From assembly GCA_964187785.1 (NCBI GenBank), contig OZ076419.1, positions 36,146,001-36,210,000 of the forward strand: 64,000 nucleotides of DNA. Direction: 5' to 3'. Both the position numbers and the translations under genes were made by a program. This document shows positions 62,100 to 64,000 of the stretch, one piece after another. Numbering within the stretch: the first letter of the stretch is position 1; every line of letters starts with the position of its first letter. Under the pieces are notes generated by a model, which saw only the letters and a list, made by a program, of their open reading frames with translations, was not told the origin of the DNA and made no database searches. Source of the DNA: Amphiscolops sp. MND2022. Lineage: Eukaryota.

Positions 62100-63800
62100 C
62101 TAGGCCAGATTCTTATCAAGACCGTCGAAAAAATGTACAATATTCCAAGATATTGCCAAGAATTCAAGAGAACAACTGAGAAAAATGAATGAAAAAGCTG
62201 ACTTCGGGTTGACCATTTTACATATTATATCACAGCTGTTAATTACCAACCAAGGATTTACGTTCTGAATTTCAAAACTTTGTCTGAAGTCAAAACTTCG
62301 AAGACTCTCAGTTAAGCTGGTAGCGCAAACAATAGCAAACTCATATACGTATAACTCATATACGTGAAACCGTATATCCACACCCCTACAGGATTGTTAA
62401 AACGTGGAGTAAGAACAGTGCAGGAAACATTGCTGGCGCAAATAAAAGCGGGTGAAATTCCCAGTAAAGCGATAGATATAGCGCTCGACGTAATAAGGAG
62501 AACACCCCATACGAGGTTAAAGAAATCCTTTATCGACTTATACTTCGGTCAAGAACCAAACACCGAAATGTCAACACGCTAAACCTAGATACGTTAAAAA
62601 ACATAACAAGAACTTGTATTTCAGCAAAACCAGATAGCTTACAGATATACTCATTCAACGGAGCTGGCGGTGCCTCTGACCACCTGCTGATGAATTAGCA
62701 GAAAGGAACAAAAGGAGTCACTAAAAAACCATTACTTTTCGTGGAAACAATAGCAAAACTAAAGTTCGATTGTGTATATTCCGATAAAACAAAAATTGCT
62801 GTGGCGGGCACAAAACGTACAATAACGACCTCTGACAATAAACTTTTACATCGAACACACATCAGTAGACCAGTTTCTGAATTCACATAGGAGCCCATCA
62901 CCGAGCAACTTCCCAGGAGCGGATACAACTCAACTCCCCACTACGCCAAAGACGAACGATTGAGCGTGGAATTCAGGAGTGGACGGCCGAAGCTAGTCGG
63001 GAACCGCCAGGACTCCGGTTCACTCATGGGTTCACTCATACAAATAGATCACGAGCAAAACAGTACCGGCCTGTTAACAGTCTTAACGGAAAACACGACG
63101 GACGCGGAAAAAGACAGTGTCATTGAGGACGCCAGAAGGGCAAACACGGAGCTGCACCTCCCGGACAACAACGGGAAGGTAACTGAAAATCTTTCCTAAA
63201 CCCCAACAGAGAAGAAGCAGACAACGTTAAAAAAACTTTGATGCAGAAACATCAGAACCAAAACTAAGAACAGGTACCGAAAGAGAACAAGACATGGAAG
63301 AACACAACCTAATTGATCAAAACCCCGACAAATTTAATCTCATCGTTAGATTAAATAGACCAGTACCATCGGATTACAGGAAACAACTTCAAAAGGCTGA
63401 ATGCTCTGGAAAATATCCCGGACATACTAGACAGCCCGAGCAACTAACCATTTCAACAATTGAACGGACAGGACCGTCCATGAAAGTACCATCAGTACCT
63501 GGCGCGGAACACCGCGGAATCAAACAACAGCCACGGACGGACATCCGCCATAGAAGAGAACACGTTCTCCGCGTTGGCAAACTCGGAGCGGGGAATGAAG
63601 TATAGCTAGAGGAAAAAATCCTGACACTGTTATGATGATAGTATTGAAAAATTGAGGTAATTTGTCTGATGCGTGCAGTACCTGCTACTGTATTATCATG
63701 TTGTAAAGGATAGCAAAGGATAGCGATGAAAAAGTAGTTTTTTATCACAATACCTTTTTGTATCAAGAGAATACAACATTGTAAATCTCGAAACCTGAAA
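62100..63800 (+). mobile_element. Gypsy 3' remnant (integrase core and C-terminus, PPT, LTR start)
   Basis: TPTGLLKRGVRTVQE...RTPHTRLKKSFIDLYFGQEPNTE resembles the integrase of 12569-17797; PPT GGAGCGGGGAA (63585-63595) precedes TGAAG. Confidence 0.75.
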
Positions 63801-64000
63801 AAGTGATGATATGACAGAAATGAAGCAAAAGTCGTCAAAAAATTGATTTGTTTTGTCATGACAAGGTCTCAACGTTTCTGTCAGCATAAAACCCTGAAAC
63901 AGGATGTTTCTCGTAAGTTTTCATGTTAGTTACGCTACCTAGTTTTTGGAAGATCATCTCATTTTTTAACATTACCTTACTTATTATTTAAGTGGGCGCA

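Overview
AT-rich, transposon-dense animal (eukaryotic) genomic DNA, not a prokaryotic locus. The repeat content is reminiscent of acoel-type genomes, but that is an unverified impression. Main contents: (1) a ~14-kb Ty3/Gypsy LTR element (33312-47300, minus strand, 4-bp TSD TCTG) with gag-PR-RT-RH-IN, a decayed env-like gene resembling class III (chuvirus/herpes gB-type) fusion glycoproteins, and extra ORFs; its 5' LTR carries a young templated copy of the opposite flank. (2) A 5.2-kb Gypsy element with both LTRs, PBS, PPT and 5-bp TSD but no RT catalytic core. (3) Further Gypsy and BEL/Pao remnants, a decayed Tc1/mariner, MITEs and a tRNA-derived SINE. (4) A nearly intact CR1-group LINE (55551-59536). 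(5) At least six copies of a Helentron/HINE-like element built around a ~172-bp tandem unit. (6) A recent 3.5-kb tandem duplication. (7) Host exons of trypsin-like serine protease gene(s) on the + strand: Asp and Ser exons at 11-32 kb and a His exon at 61 kb. (8) A possible XK-related membrane-protein pseudogene. There is a 200-N assembly gap at 31018-31217. Most short ORFs in the track are antisense shadows or repeat-derived.
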